Assembly: GCA_002269645.1 (NCBI GenBank) | Contig: NIVC01002955.1 | Location: 64,684 to 128,683, forward strand | Origin: Macrostomum lignano | Lineage: Eukaryota | Direction: 5' to 3' | DNA: 64,000 nucleotides | Part shown: positions 1-13,300 of the stretch, piece by piece | How the letters are laid out: the number at the start of each line of letters is the position of its first letter | Numbering within the stretch: the stretch's first letter is position 1 | Program-made: the position numbers and the translations under genes | The notes under the pieces: generated by a model | The model's database searches: none | What the model was told of the DNA's origin: nothing | Seen by the model: the letters and a program-made list of their open reading frames with translations, nothing else

Positions 1-46
1 AAGAGACAAGGGGCACCAACCAAAGAGACAGGGGCGCCCACCAAGC
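1..46. repeat. End of a 20-bp minisatellite (GACAGGGGCGCCCACCAAGA family)
   Basis: Reverse complement of the unit in the array at 36562-36850. Confidence 0.7.
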
Positions 47-748
47 ACTGCCTTCAATGTATAACGTTACACATTAACAGGTAAACAGTCAAAGGACACT
101 AACTCTTTATAGGCCCTTTAAAAGCATCGATACTGTGGAACCGGGCACCGGCCTGCATATACATACCGAAAAAACGGTGCCTTACGGAGCCGAAATAAAG
201 TCCTGTGACCTTCCGGCCATTCTACATAAATAGCGACCTAAACTGATGGCCCTGCAAACCATGATTTACAACAGCGAACAGTGAGAATCTCTGCAAGTGG
301 TTTTCTAATGTTGCGATTTTACAGTTGGAGGTAAATGCATTCAACTCCCTCCAGTTAACCATGCGTACTCATCATCAATAGAGCAGAGCTATTTCTTGCT
401 GACGACAAAGCTTTAACCAATGAAATAGTAATAGGCAATTTATTTGATTCCAGTGCCGCATTCATCCCATGTAAATTGGACACAAACGGGATATAACTGA
501 GATTTGGTTTATCAGATACGGCAGTTGGTATACTCAATCATTTGAGAGTCGCAATATGACATAGTTAGAAAATTTAAGAAAATAATCTTCAAACCCAGCA
601 CCAAATATAATAGTAGTCCACTACCAAAGTTTTGTTATGGTTGATAATCACTTGAACAACACCACAACTTACCGACAAAAGCAAATATAAATATATTGTT
701 TAGGTTTTTTTCACACTAGATTTTCACCTACTTTTACGACTTTTACGC

Positions 749-965
749 CAGGGGTCGGCAAACTCCGACAAAGCCTCTCTATCCGGCCAAAGGGTCCTTT
801 GAAACTTCACAATAGCAATCAATAGCAATAAGGCTCAAGGTTTGTGTCTCATTTCAGCTCTCTTCTCTCTAATCTCCTCTCTTAACTTTTCTTCTCTTTC
901 TCTCATCTCTTTCCTCTTCTCTCCTCTCATATCTTTACTCCGATCTCTCACCTATTTTGTCTCAT
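749..965 (+). mobile_element. Degenerate hAT/Charlie-like MITE fragment with CT-rich tract
   Basis: Starts CAGGGGTCGGCAAAC, a hAT-type terminus. Related sequence at ~8045-8230 and, inverted, at 16897-16986; each is next to a CT/AG tract. No second TIR found. Confidence 0.5.
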
Positions 966-1126
966 TTGTCTCACCTACCATTGCTACATGCTACGTGCTT
1001 TTTGTCCATGCCATAAGTTGTTTCCTAACAATAGTAGGACAATAAAAACGAATGTATCATACTATAATACCGGCAACCTAAAAAACGAGTAATTCTCAAA
1101 ATCGCTCAATCTGTCATCCGAGCGCT

Positions 1127-4100
1127 CTAGGGAATGTGCACGTGTCTGTAATAATCGGCCAAACGGCACAAAACAATGCCAGTTAGAGACAGCGGTACAC
1201 CAATACAGAAGCAGACGGCTTTCATAGTCAGTCCGTCAAACCTGTCGCTCAAAAAGTGACCCATTAGAAAGGCTAATACGCTGGACACAGCGGAGAACAG
1301 GGCCAGAATTGTGATATGGCCCAGACGACGCCGGAGCTCGCGCCTGGTCATGCCAAACCGACGAGCTCGATGGAAGACGGCGGACGAGTCGAGAACCGCC
1401 AGGATTAGCAATGACAGGAGAACCATGCCGCCAGTTAAGAAGTAACGAAAATGGCCCAGCAAGTTGAACAGGTTGGACAATGGCAGCAGAGCTAAGTAGA
1501 GACTCCGACCGGCTCTCACGGCGAAACTGGCTGCGTGATTGCCGAAGGCTGTCGCCTGGGCCGAATAAGAGCGCCCGTTGGAAATCAGGCCGCACATGTG
1601 TTCGCAGTTGTAGCTCAGAACGTCGTAGTAAGCGCGGCCGCGACTACTAACATTCGACATGCGCTTGTCCATCAGGTCCGCATCGATCGGACGGTTGCGT
1701 ACGTTCACGTATACAGTAGGTGTACTAGGATTGCGCTCCATTATCATGTAGCCGTGCGTTTCCAAGGGCCCTAAGTAACCGTCCATGCAGGACGGAACAT
1801 CGAAGCGGATGCAGGAGGCCTCGGGACCCTCGTTCCAATCTAGTAACAGAATGTGCTCCTTGTGCTTGCCGTTGCGCCGAATGATCAGATGATCGAGCGG
1901 TTTGAGATCTGTAATAGACACGAAAAACTCAGTCTCAATGCGCACCTCATTGGAATTGAAGCCGGAACCCATTAGCAGATGCATGAGATCTTCAACATCC
2001 GGTCCACTGGAAAGCTTAAGCCACTCGCAAAGCAGCCGGTCATTAATAACCTTGTCGGTGGCTTCGCTAATAAAAGATACGCCTAGCAACTGGTTGGCCT
2101 TGTCGCGCACCTTTTCCAAGGAGTTTGTTTCTCCGTGGTAGCACACTCGGCCAACCAGTACCGAGTCTTCCAAATTTAATCGCTCTATAAGCACGACGCT
2201 GTTTGGTTCGGCTGATTCGTAACATCGGTAGCTGAGAAGATCGCAGCGCTTTCCCTCAAAAATGAGTTTGCATTCTCGCATCATCACATGATGGAAATAA
2301 AAGCCGACGAGGCGTCGATACATTACTTGCATCTGGCCATGCGCGACGGCAGTTTCAAGGTCGCGTCCGTAATAGATAGGAACCTTAGAAAATTCGCGAT
2401 TGGTTGGATGACTAGTGGAGCACCATCGCACTAGGTCGCGCGAATTGTTCCACTGAATATTGTACTCAGCCTCACCTAGACGACTCAAAGCGCGTCTAAC
2501 TGCTGCTTCACCTGTCACCCGTCTGTCATCCGCAACGTGATACTCGATTAGGAAAAGTCGATCTTTCTTGATATTAATCCGTTTTTGACAGCTGGACACA
2601 ATCCGCTGGATGAACATTAAACTGGTCGTCAGCTTGACGGCGTAGTACACAAGTGTCAGGATGATCTCATCTGCACAAAAATTACGGGTAATTTATAATT
2701 TAGCAGTTGAATTGGAATCGAAACAGATGTATCTATCCCACATGACAGCGCAAATGAAATGATATAATATTTCTTTGTGTGTGGAATGGAAATATAATAT
2801 AAATCCATACCTGGACATTCGGTTGTCTTTAAATCAACCACGATTGCGTGCTGAAACATGCACAGGCGCTCCAGGGAAACTGGAAGACCCAGGCTGAGTT
2901 CCGAGGTGCTTTCAATGCGTCTAACCGAATACTCCGGGGTACTGACCAGCGATCCGCCCAGGACTTCGCAATCCTCCGAGTCCCAGTTGTGCACGCAAAA
3001 TCGAATTCGAGGATCCCTATTCGACACAAGCAAGCGCCGATCGGCTGTGTGCAGGCCGGGTTTCGCGTCCTGAGGCAAAGCGGTCGATGGCGAAATCGAG
3101 CTATTCGAAGGATTACAGACGTTGCTGTCATAGACACGGGTTCGAGTACAAGACCAGACCCGCCGTCTGGTAGGCCTATCAGCAAGTCTCCAGGTTGAAT
3201 GTACCTTGCCGATGTCTTGCCGAAAGTTGGCTTTCTAGCGCCCAGCTTTAAAACATCCGATCCGGCATCCAAAAGTTGCTGAGGACAATTTTCAACCAGC
3301 AACGTTTTTAGCAGGAGCCAGTCGGGTAGATAGCGATTAGTGGCAACCCCACAGCCGGAAAATCGATCCAGGGCACTTTTTGCCTCGCTCGCGTTGTAAA
3401 CACCTGCTTCACAGTTTTGACGGCCAGTGTAGCATCTAATCACTGCGTTCTCGTCGAGTGTCAGAACATCCTCGTGCAGCTCTGGGGGTCGAAGCGCATC
3501 GTATCGAGAAGCCACGGAGCGGTAGTCAATTAGAAGCAGCTTTGAAGATCCTTTGGTTGCTAGCTCAGCAACGCCTGTAACAATGGCGTGCAAGTCATTC
3601 GAGCGGCCACAGGCAACTGGTAGGTTGACATGACATTCAGGTGCTATGGCGTGCTCCAGACCATTACCGCATGGCGCTCGCAACGGTACAAAGCAGTCGC
3701 GAAGTTGAAATCGGCAAGGAATTTTGCACCACATTGTGAAGTCAAATGGATCGCTCACTGGATTCCATTCGGACTCGTTCAAGCGACTGCGGGCTCGCGA
3801 TACTGTCTGGATATTGAAACAAGAAATGAGTAAATAAAGGATAAGAACTTCTAAAATAAATAGTTTCACACCACAACAGTATAAAATGCGGTATTGAAAG
3901 ACGGATGGTTGCTATAGCGAACCAAAGCGAAATAAACTTACATGCATAAATTTAATATGGCAGCATTGAGGAGTTTTGTGGAAAAAGTATTTAATCATTT
4001 TTCTGCTACTTGTACTACTTATTAAAGCATCAGTATTGCAATCCCCTTTTCTGCTTCTGAAAGACACGCTTTCTAGACATAATCTTACAACATTCCGGCG

Positions 4101-4794
4101 TCCGCTGACGTTGCCCGATGTCGATGGACGTCGCTAGCGAACAAGTAAGTTTTTACATTACGCTGACAGATGACGGCGTTATAACGGCGTCAGTGTAATC
4201 TAAAAGTACCCATTAGCCAGTGACGTCGATAGACCTCGGAAACGTTGGCCAACCTTTCCCATGCCAGATTTTTGTTAGATTCAAAGCCAGTTGTCGTTCG
4301 GAGCAAAAAGACATCGATCGCGATCGCGATAAAGTTTCAATCGAATCATGGAAAAACTCATCCGACAAATAAATTTAATGCTACATTACCGTCTCATCAG
4401 AATAGCACAGCTCCGGAGGCATTTCGAACACAAAATTAGCGCTGCTAGCTGCTGACAGAGTCACTTCGTCTCGCATCACCTGCCGAGTGCAGGCGACGCA
4501 GTTCGGCCTCCCTAGGTGAATGATGTCGACGGTGATGCTAATAGGAGGGCTTTTTGCGTCCTTCTCGGGAGAGCTGGCTCGATCGACAAGAACAGATTCT
4601 ACCACGGCAGCGTGATCGAATCCATAGTAGACGGTTCTGACCACCGCACCGGGCTTGACTGCGCTGATTCCCGCATCGCCCAGAGGTCGCCATAGTCCGC
4701 CGAAGTCGTAGTCTAAACAGTAGCCTTGACTATTGGGCTTCAATAAACTTTGCTTTTCGCCTCCGCTCGCGGATGTTAACTTCGAACTAGACAT
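1127..4794 (-). CDS. Multi-LRAT/NlpC-P60-like domain membrane protein (~980 aa, 3 exons)
   Basis: Exons 4794-4390, 3806-2811 and 2670-1127 with GT-AG boundaries; one 1-bp deletion near 3080. Repeated LRAT-type motifs (HAAVV...IIHLG; VRRALSRLGEAEYN), canonical YDVLSYNCEH in the last repeat, and hydrophobic C-terminal helices. Confidence 0.75.
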
Positions 4795-5438
4795 TATTTC
4801 CTTGTCTAGTGAGACCCCCGCTTGAGTCAGTCAAGACTATAGTCATGCATATAGGAATCGCATGAAACTATCAAAAGGCTATGGGCGAAGCAGGTGCATT
4901 CGTCACGATTTCCCTTGGTTCTTATAGATGCAGTCGACAGCGAAACTTTGTCTTCTGATATCGGGCTAAAAATCAATGAATAGATTTTCCCGTCTACTTT
5001 TTTAGTAAATTAGATCTCCATAGAAAGCATGCAGTTTTTTTCGTTGCTGTCCTAAAAATGTGTCGTAACTTAATCGAGTACTCAACAACTAATGTTAGAT
5101 ATAGCACGTAAATTATGCCCACAAAGAATGCATTTAAAAAATGTGAGCCTTAGGTATTGCGAACGAAAAACTTTTGCAAGCTAAAGCGAAAAGATCAGCA
5201 ACGGCTGCAAAGGGATAGAGAGGATTCCATTTGTAATGCATTCCACCTGTTGCTGCAATTCGAAGAATTGAAAAAAAACTTTTACAAACATGTGATGAGG
5301 ACGCACTTTTTTCCAAATCCCGCGCTAGCACATGGGCTCTAAACTTACTTGCCTACTAACAGTGGGCAATGGGCATTTTTATCCTTTTTCTGCGAATTTT
5401 CATAGAATCTATACTAGATATAATGTCTGGTCATACTA

Positions 5439-5683
5439 GTAGTCATAATAACATAGGCGCAGCTTTTTGGGTCATAAATCATCGCTTTCGAAGCTGGTCT
5501 GACAGCCACCTGCGCCTCACTCAGTGTTGAGGCGGGCGCCAGATGGTCTGAGAGGATTCAGGCGGTAGCTTTTTTCTCATCATTTTGACAGGCCATCAAG
5601 ATTTATGAGGTCAGAGCCTATTGTTCGTGTTTACTCAAGCGTGTGACAGCTTTGACAGCTATGCGTTTTACCCCTAAAAGTAC
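5439..5683 (+). repeat. Dispersed ~250-bp repeat, copy 1
   Basis: Clearly homologous to 62949-63200 (GTAGTCATAATAACATAGGCGC...CCCCTAAAAGTAC). Confidence 0.85.
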
Positions 5684-7316
5684 TTTGAGATTAGCGATTA
5701 GTGATTTCTCTTCATTATCTTCACTTTCTCTTTAATAAGAGCTTTCTAATGTATATTTTTTCATTAATTTCTGTCAATTCTACGCGAAAAGTCATAAATC
5801 ATTTTGTTGCGATTTTGATTGATTTATGGCCGCACCTGTCATGTTTTTACGACCCCGAGGGAACTGATAAGATCTCTCGGTCACGTGATTCTGGGTAGCA
5901 ACCAGCTTAGCCAATCAGAAAATTCGATGCTCATTTTAACAAATCAGCTCAGCCAATCAGAACCGACGTGTTCCATTATAACAAACTGCGGTCCAGTTGG
6001 CGGCTATTTAAACCGGTGTTTTTGGCCCGCTTGGACCAACTCCTCCTGCATGGGACCTTAGCCTAGCTTGAGACGTCCCGGAGCGCGACCGTCGTTCCTT
6101 GATCCCCGGATTGCGACTTCCCCCATCATCATCAAGGACGAGTCCCCCCGGTCGTCAGCAGCGAACATCAAAGTTAAGAGCATCACCTGCTAGCTATCTA
6201 TGAAGACCGTGACATCAGCACCATCCCGGGTCTACAGCTGCGAAGCACTAAGCCGATTCGGTCACTGTGGATTACCTGGTCTCCGGCTGTTGAGTTTCTG
6301 ATTGGTTGGGTGAGAGGCCGCCTAGACTTGCTTGATTGGGTGATTCCTTATCTGTCCCCGGTTTCAGTAGCTGGATTAGGCGCACACTTTTGCTCTTTTT
6401 GTCCAGTAGTGCTGTTGCTGAGGCAGAAGTCATTCAATAATACTGCTAGTAGTCTAAAACTCCAATTCAATCTGAAGGTAAGTGATCTGAGGAGAAGGTT
6501 AAATCTGACAGTTATTTTTATCGGTTTTATTTATTTGTTCGCCGATGGCTCAGATGAGTAGCTAAGCTAGTAGGCGCGGTCACAGTGGACCAATGGCAAG
6601 GCAGTTCTCAGTCGATCAATCTATCAAATCAGTGAGCAAATCAGCCAGTAGTGCAGAATCGGCGCCAGAGATGTACTCTGAGCACTCTAGGTTCACCAAG
6701 CGGCTCGGGTAATGAATCATGCGGTCTCTGATGTTCGAGTTAGGCCTAGCCTATCATCAGCACTAGGAGAGGCTGGTTGGCGCGTTGAAGGCCAAAAGTA
6801 CAATTCGGGATCTCATGGCGGGGAGCAGAATTTGGCTCAAATTTGGCTTTGCATGGGAGCTACATTAGAACAATCGCATTTCTGAGTCCCTGAATTTGCC
6901 CTACACAATGGGTGCATGATTTAGTACATTTAAAAGCTATTTGCATACTTGGATTGATGTATCACACCATCGAGACTGCACAAAGAGAATTTGATGCGCC
7001 TGCTTGTTTTAGACAGATATAAACAAGAATAAGAACTCTTCATTTAGGTTAGCGTATCTGTCGTACACAAATCAGCTTTTAAGTATCCCGAGTTCTAAAC
7101 TGTATTTGTAAGTTGTAATACTTCTATTAATTTTTATTTTATTATGCGTCAGTTTTTAATTTAAGCTTTTGTAAAAATATTAATTTGTGACTGACCCCTG
7201 CATCTTGACATTTTCATATAATAAAATTCGCACAAGATATTTTGCACATGGATGACATTCTCTAACTCTAACTTCTTCTAACTCTATTGCTATTCTTTTT
7301 TCTGAAAATTTTCTGT

Positions 7317-10300
7317 ATGACAACAGTCAGTATTCTTCCGGAAGAGGTCAGTGAGTCGTTTTGCTGATACTTTTTTGATACTTTCCAAGTTTCTAAATTG
7401 CTTTTGCATGCCATAAAGCAATCGTATTTTTTACTTAGTACTTTATGATGAAATTTATTAATTAAGAATAAATATTCATAATTTTTAAAGGAAGGAAAAT
7501 GTTTTTATATATAATCTTTATCTCAAACAATTAATCCCAGACACAGAATTTTATTCATTTTTTACATAACAGGTTTAAGTTATTTAATTTATTTAAAACA
7601 CTTCAGGTTGTGGACCATATTCTTGGATTTCTTGGCTTACCCGATCGCAAATCTGCTTCCCTGGTATGTAGAAACTGGCTTTGGGCAGCCAGACATCCAG
7701 CTTTAATGCGAGATGTTGTAGTTGATGCTGGTATGTTTATTAGTTATTTTTGTCATTTTATTTGCAGATACCTAGCCAAAACTCTACAGTACTAAAAAAG
7801 ATTTAACTAGCTATTTTAGTATAAAGACATACTCCTAATGTAATATTTAATGTAATAATGTAATAATATTTCAGTCATAAAAAGGTTTTCTTTTGGGGGT
7901 TCAACCAATCTCTTTGACCTCCTTGTACCTACCACGCAGTGTTAAAACTTTAAACAATAGCTTGTAAAGCCAAAAAGAAATTAAGAAATCACTGCTTAGA
8001 AATGGAATAAAACTGAAGTTTCATTCATATTGATATCTTTATTAGATCAGAAAGTTGGCAAACTCTAGGCTCTTACAAAGTTTCTCTGCCTAACCCTTGT
8101 GTCCTCTGAAACTTCACTGTGGCAATCTGATAAAATCAAGGTCTCTTTTCAGCTCCCTTTCCTCCTCTGTCCCTTCATTTTCTTCTCTCTGCTCTCTCTT
8201 ATCTTCTCTTTCTTCTCTCATCTGGCCCTTGAGGTAAAAAATAGGATTGAAATTTTATTTTCCTGAAAAAAGAAAGTTTATTTTTAACTCAAAGTTTCTA
8301 AACTGTTAATTTCCCTTTACAGGTTCCTGCCTGTCAGGTGCTGCCGCTGCCTCATCATCTGGTTCCATACTGCCTCCAGAGTGGAAGCCTCTGGTCCGCA
8401 GTCTTGCACTTGGCAGCCACACCTCTTCATCAAAGTCGTCATTCGCTCTTAGCTGGCGTCAACTTGCCGACACCCTAGACGGATGTCATCGGCTTGTCAG
8501 CGTTGATCTGTCGGGCTGCGACGGGCTCTGCTTGGCTCGGGATCTGCTCTCCGACGAGTCGCAGAGGAGGCACCTCCGCGACCAACTAGTTGGCGTCCGG
8601 CATCTCAGCTTGGCTGGCCTGACCCGTCTGACTGCCACCGGACTGAAACGCTTTGTCGATCTGTTTACAAATTTAAAATCATTAAATCTCCGCTCCTGTT
8701 CGTTGGTTTGCTCCAGTTCTGTCGCGATTGGCTCCATGGCTGATGCATCGGTGCTGACCTTTGCCGCTGTTCTCGACGTGGTGCGTCGGTGCGGCATTGA
8801 GGAGCTGGACTTGAGCTGCACGGATGTCACCGACTCAGCTTTGGAGCAGCTGGCTAAGGTGAGACTTCGACTGCTTCATTTGAGTTCGGCGCTTGTAGTT
8901 TTTAGTAAACTTTGGATAGATATTTCTCTGGTCAATTTCAACTTTATCGAGAGTATAGATGTTTTATTTTAGGCTATAGATTATCACCGAGAGTCTATAG
9001 ATGTTCAGCTTCAGGCTATAGATTATCACCGAGAGTCTATATAGATGTTCAGCTTCAGGCTATAGATTATCACCGAGAGTCTATAGATGTTGGATTGCAG
9101 CCTAATATAAATTATCACCGAGAGTTTATAGATGTTCAGATTCAGGCTATAGATTATCACCGATAGTCTATAGATGTTTAGCTTCAGGCTATAGATTATC
9201 ACCGAGAGTCTATAGATGTTTAGTTTCAGGCTATAGATTTTTTCGGAGAGTCTATAGATGTTTAGTTTTAGAACAGTATAAACTGTCACCGAGAGTCTAT
9301 GGGTGCTCAGCTACAGCTAGTATAGATTATCACCGAGAGTCTATAGATGCTCAGCTTCAGCCCCATATCATTTATGCCCCATCAATCCAGGTTGATAGCC
9401 TCCATCTTCGCGGCATCGCACTGGACTCCTGCCGCCTGCTGGAAGGTCGCGGTCTCGCCCGCCTCATCGCCAGCCAGCGAGGCAGCCTTCGACGCCTCAG
9501 TCTGGCCAAGAATCGTCACCTTCAAACGGTCGGTTCGCAGCCGGCCACGGCTGACCAACTGACGGAGCTGCTGGCTCCCGGCTGCTCGAATTTCATCAAC
9601 GATCGGCTTCTAATTGCCTCTTCGTCCAGCCTCACGGTTCTCGACATCTCCGACTGCGGCCGAGTCTCGGAGGGCGCGTTGACAACCGCGCTGACTGCGG
9701 CTCGGCAGCTTCGCTCGCTGGCAGTGGCTCGCTGCTCCGCGTTCACTGATGCCGCTGTGACAGAATCGCTGACTAGCAGTGATGAAGCATCTCTACGGAT
9801 GCTAGAACATCTCGACGCTTCGTCATGCGCGGGATTCACCGACGTCGGGCTGAGGCTGCTCTGCGGACACCTGGGCAAGTCGTTGAGAAGTCTTCGACTT
9901 GCCTGGCTTCGCGGCGTCACAGACTGGGGGCTGCTTGGCCTGCCGCAGCCGAAGTCCAAGGATGGGGAGCAGTGTTCGACCTCGTCAACTTCTTGGCTGC
10001 TGTCCAAGAGCGGTCGCCGAGGTGAACAGTTTCCGCATTACAAACGGGCTGTGGATGTCGGTGAGTCTTGTCAGTGCATCTGTTAGAAATCTGTTAGATT
10101 TCCTCAAATCTGTTAGATTTCCTCAAATCTGTTAGATTTCCTCAAATCTGTTAGATTTCCTCAAATCTGTTAGATTTCCCAAAGTCTGTTAGATTTCCCC
10201 AAATCTGTTAGATTTCCCCACAACCCGTTAGATTTCCAAAAATCTGTTAGATTTCCTCAAATCTGTTAGATTTCCTCAAATCTGTTAGATTTCCCCAAAT

Positions 10301-13300
10301 CTGTTAGATTTCCTCAAATCTGTTAGATTTCCCAAAATCTGTTAGATTTCCTCAAATCTGTTAGATTTCCCCAAATCTGTTAGATCTCCCCCCCTCAAAT
10401 CTGTTAGATTTCCAAAAATCTGTTAGATTTCCCAAAATCTGTTAGATTTCCCAAAGTCTGTTAGATTTCCCAAAATCTGTTAGATTTCCCAAAATCTGTT
10501 AGATTTCCCAAAATCTGTTAGATTTCCCAAAATCTGTTAGATTTCCCCAAATTTGTTAGATTTCCCAAATCTGTTAATTTTTCCCCAAATCTGTTAGATT
10601 TCCCAAAATCGTTCGATTTCCCAAAATCTGTTAAATTTCCCCAAATCTGTTAAATTTCCCAAAATCTGTTAGATTTCCCAAAATCTGTTAGATTTCCCAA
10701 AATCTGTTAGATTTCCCAAAATCTGTTAGATTTCCCAAAATCTGTTAGATTTCCCAAAATTTGTTAGATTTCCCAAAATCTGTTAAATTTCCCAAAATCT
10801 GTGAGATTTCCCCAAATCTGTTAGATTTCCCAAATCTGTTAGATTTCCCAAAATCTGTTAGATTTCCCCAAATCTGTTAGATTTCCCAAAATCTGTTAGA
10901 TTTCCCAAAATCTGGTAGATTTCCTCAAATCTGTTAGATTTTCCCAAAATCTGTTAGATTTCCCAAAATCTGTTAGATTTCCCAAAATCTGTTAGATTTC
11001 CCAAAATCTGGTAGATTTCCTCAAATCTGTTAGATTTTCCCAAAATCTGTTAGATTTCCCAAAATCTGTTAGATTTCCCAAAATCTGGTAGATTTCCTCA
11101 AATCTGTTAGATTTTCCCAAAATCTGTTAGATTTCCCAAAATCTGTTAGATTTTCCAAAATCTGGTAGATTTCCTCAAATCTGTTAGATTTTCCCAAAAT
11201 CTGTTAGATTTTCCCAAAATCTGTTAGATTTCCCAAAATCTGGTAGATTTCCTCAAATCTGTTAGATTTTCCCAAAATCTGTTAGATTTCTAAATTCTGT
11301 TAGATTTCCCAAATCACTGGGTATTCATGTAGCATACATAAAAAAGTACATATTTCTGGCTATGTTTCAGAGTTTCATTTTATAATCTAACCACATATAG
11401 ACGTGGTTAGAGGTCAATTTATCTTTTTCTGCGTGGTAATGTATGGAATAATTTCTTATCATTCTTCAACCGACGAATACTGTACGTACCAAACCCTGCT
11501 TGCACTGGACTTTGTCACCGGGTTAGAAAGTGACCAGATTTTTTGTTAGCTGCAGCAGTCTTCAATTTGATATGCTACGCGTACGCGGACAAAATTTCAT
11601 TAGTATTACTATTAGTAGAAAAACACGATTATAAGCTTGGTATAAAATATCGCATCAAGAATCAAGATTGCTTGTTTCTTAGAATGTCGACTCATTATAA
11701 CAAATGAAAGTTGGCATTTTTTATTTAAATTTCAGGCGAGCCGAAATATAATCCGCCATCGTACAACGAGTTGAAAAGTTTGCTATCTCGCTCGGTGGAC
11801 AACTCGGAGGCGGCCATTGGGCCGAACTATTCGTTGTTAAGTTTGCGACGCCTACGACTGCTAGATTTGAGCAACTGCTCCAAGGTTACCGGAATCGGAC
11901 TCGATGAGGTGAGAATTTTTGCAAAAGAGAGATTGATTTTTTGCTGCAAATTCTTGTTGCTGGGATTCTATAGTTTTCTGTCTTATTTTTCGGGATTCAT
12001 GAGATTTGGGATTCGTGAAATTCGTGATTCGTGATTTATGGGATATTTGGAATTCGTGGGATTCATGAGATTTGGGATTTTTGGGATTTAGGATTCATGA
12101 GATTCGGGATTCGTGGGATTCGGGATTCGTGAGATTTGGGATTCGTGGGAGTTGGGATTCGTGGGAGTTGGGATTTGGAATTCGTGAGATTTGGGATTCG
12201 TGGGAGTTGGGATTCGTGGGAGTTGGGATTTGGGATTCGTGGGAGTTGGGATTTGGAATTCGTGAGATTTGGGATTCGTGGGAGTTGGGATTCGTGGGAG
12301 TTGGGATTTGGGATTCGTGGGAGTTGGGATTTGGAATTCGTGAGATTTGGGATTCGTGGGAGTTGGGATTCGGAATTTGTGATTCGTGGGATTCGTGATT
12401 CATTGGATTCGGGATTCGTGGGATTTGGAATTCGGCATTTGTGGGATTTGGGATCCATGTGATTCGGCATTTGTGGGATTTGGGATGCATGAGATTCGGG
12501 ATTCATGAGATTCTGGATCTATGGGATTCGGGATTTATGGTATTAGTGCTTCCAGCAACAAAGGCAATTAAAACACGAACTTGGCACAGAAACGAAGCAG
12601 GCCTCCGTCAATAAAAAAGTGTTTCGAACTTCAATCTACGAGTATATTTGGCTTAAAGCAAACTTAACACGAAAAAAAAAAAAATTCACTGCGAGAAGGC
12701 AAAGTGAGCCGCCAGTAGAGCGCGACGGGGGTTTAAAAACACCCCTGCCACCCAGGGGGGGGGCAGGCGGCGATGTACAATCAACGCGCTGGGCACTAAA
12801 GCCGGTTTGTGCACTTTCGCCGCACAAACCAGTCCATTAGTGCTTCCAGCAACAAAGGCAATTAAAACACGAACTTGGCACAGAAACGAAGCAGGCCTCC
12901 AAAGCCAAACACAACGGGGGATAAGAGCAGCAGCTAGGCATTGAGCAAAAAACAAACCAGCGGGAAGACCACCGTCAAAAACGAGCACTAAGGGCGGAAG
13001 AAAAATGCAGAGAGGCCGCCGCAGTGGCAACACCCGAGCGGGGCAAGTAGCGCTCCACCGCCGAACTCTTCCAGTCGCCGATCCGCTGGATCTCCGCCAC
13101 CGGCAGGCCCATGCGAGCTGCCCAGGTGGCTCCACCTCGACGCAGGCTGTGAGCCGAGTAGAGCTTGCCGCCACACCCAGCCCTCTGCAGCTTAGAGTCA
13201 AGAAACCGGTCCAAGTCCCGAGCAGCTAGATGGCGCCGCTGTCCATTGCGATCGATGAAGGACCAGAGTGGCGCCTCGGCCATCGCCAGCTTGTTGACAC

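Noticed and set aside
4157-4199. Imperfect 11-bp inverted repeat in the LRAT gene intron
   Set aside because: Single occurrence and short; compatible with chance or an eroded MITE.
8948-11315. Regular repeats as a possible CRISPR array
   Set aside because: Head-to-tail units with no unique spacers, eukaryotic intron context and no cas genes. The same applies to all other arrays here.
12063-12506. Several 100-150 aa ORFs on both strands
   Set aside because: Translations of the GGGATTC minisatellite.
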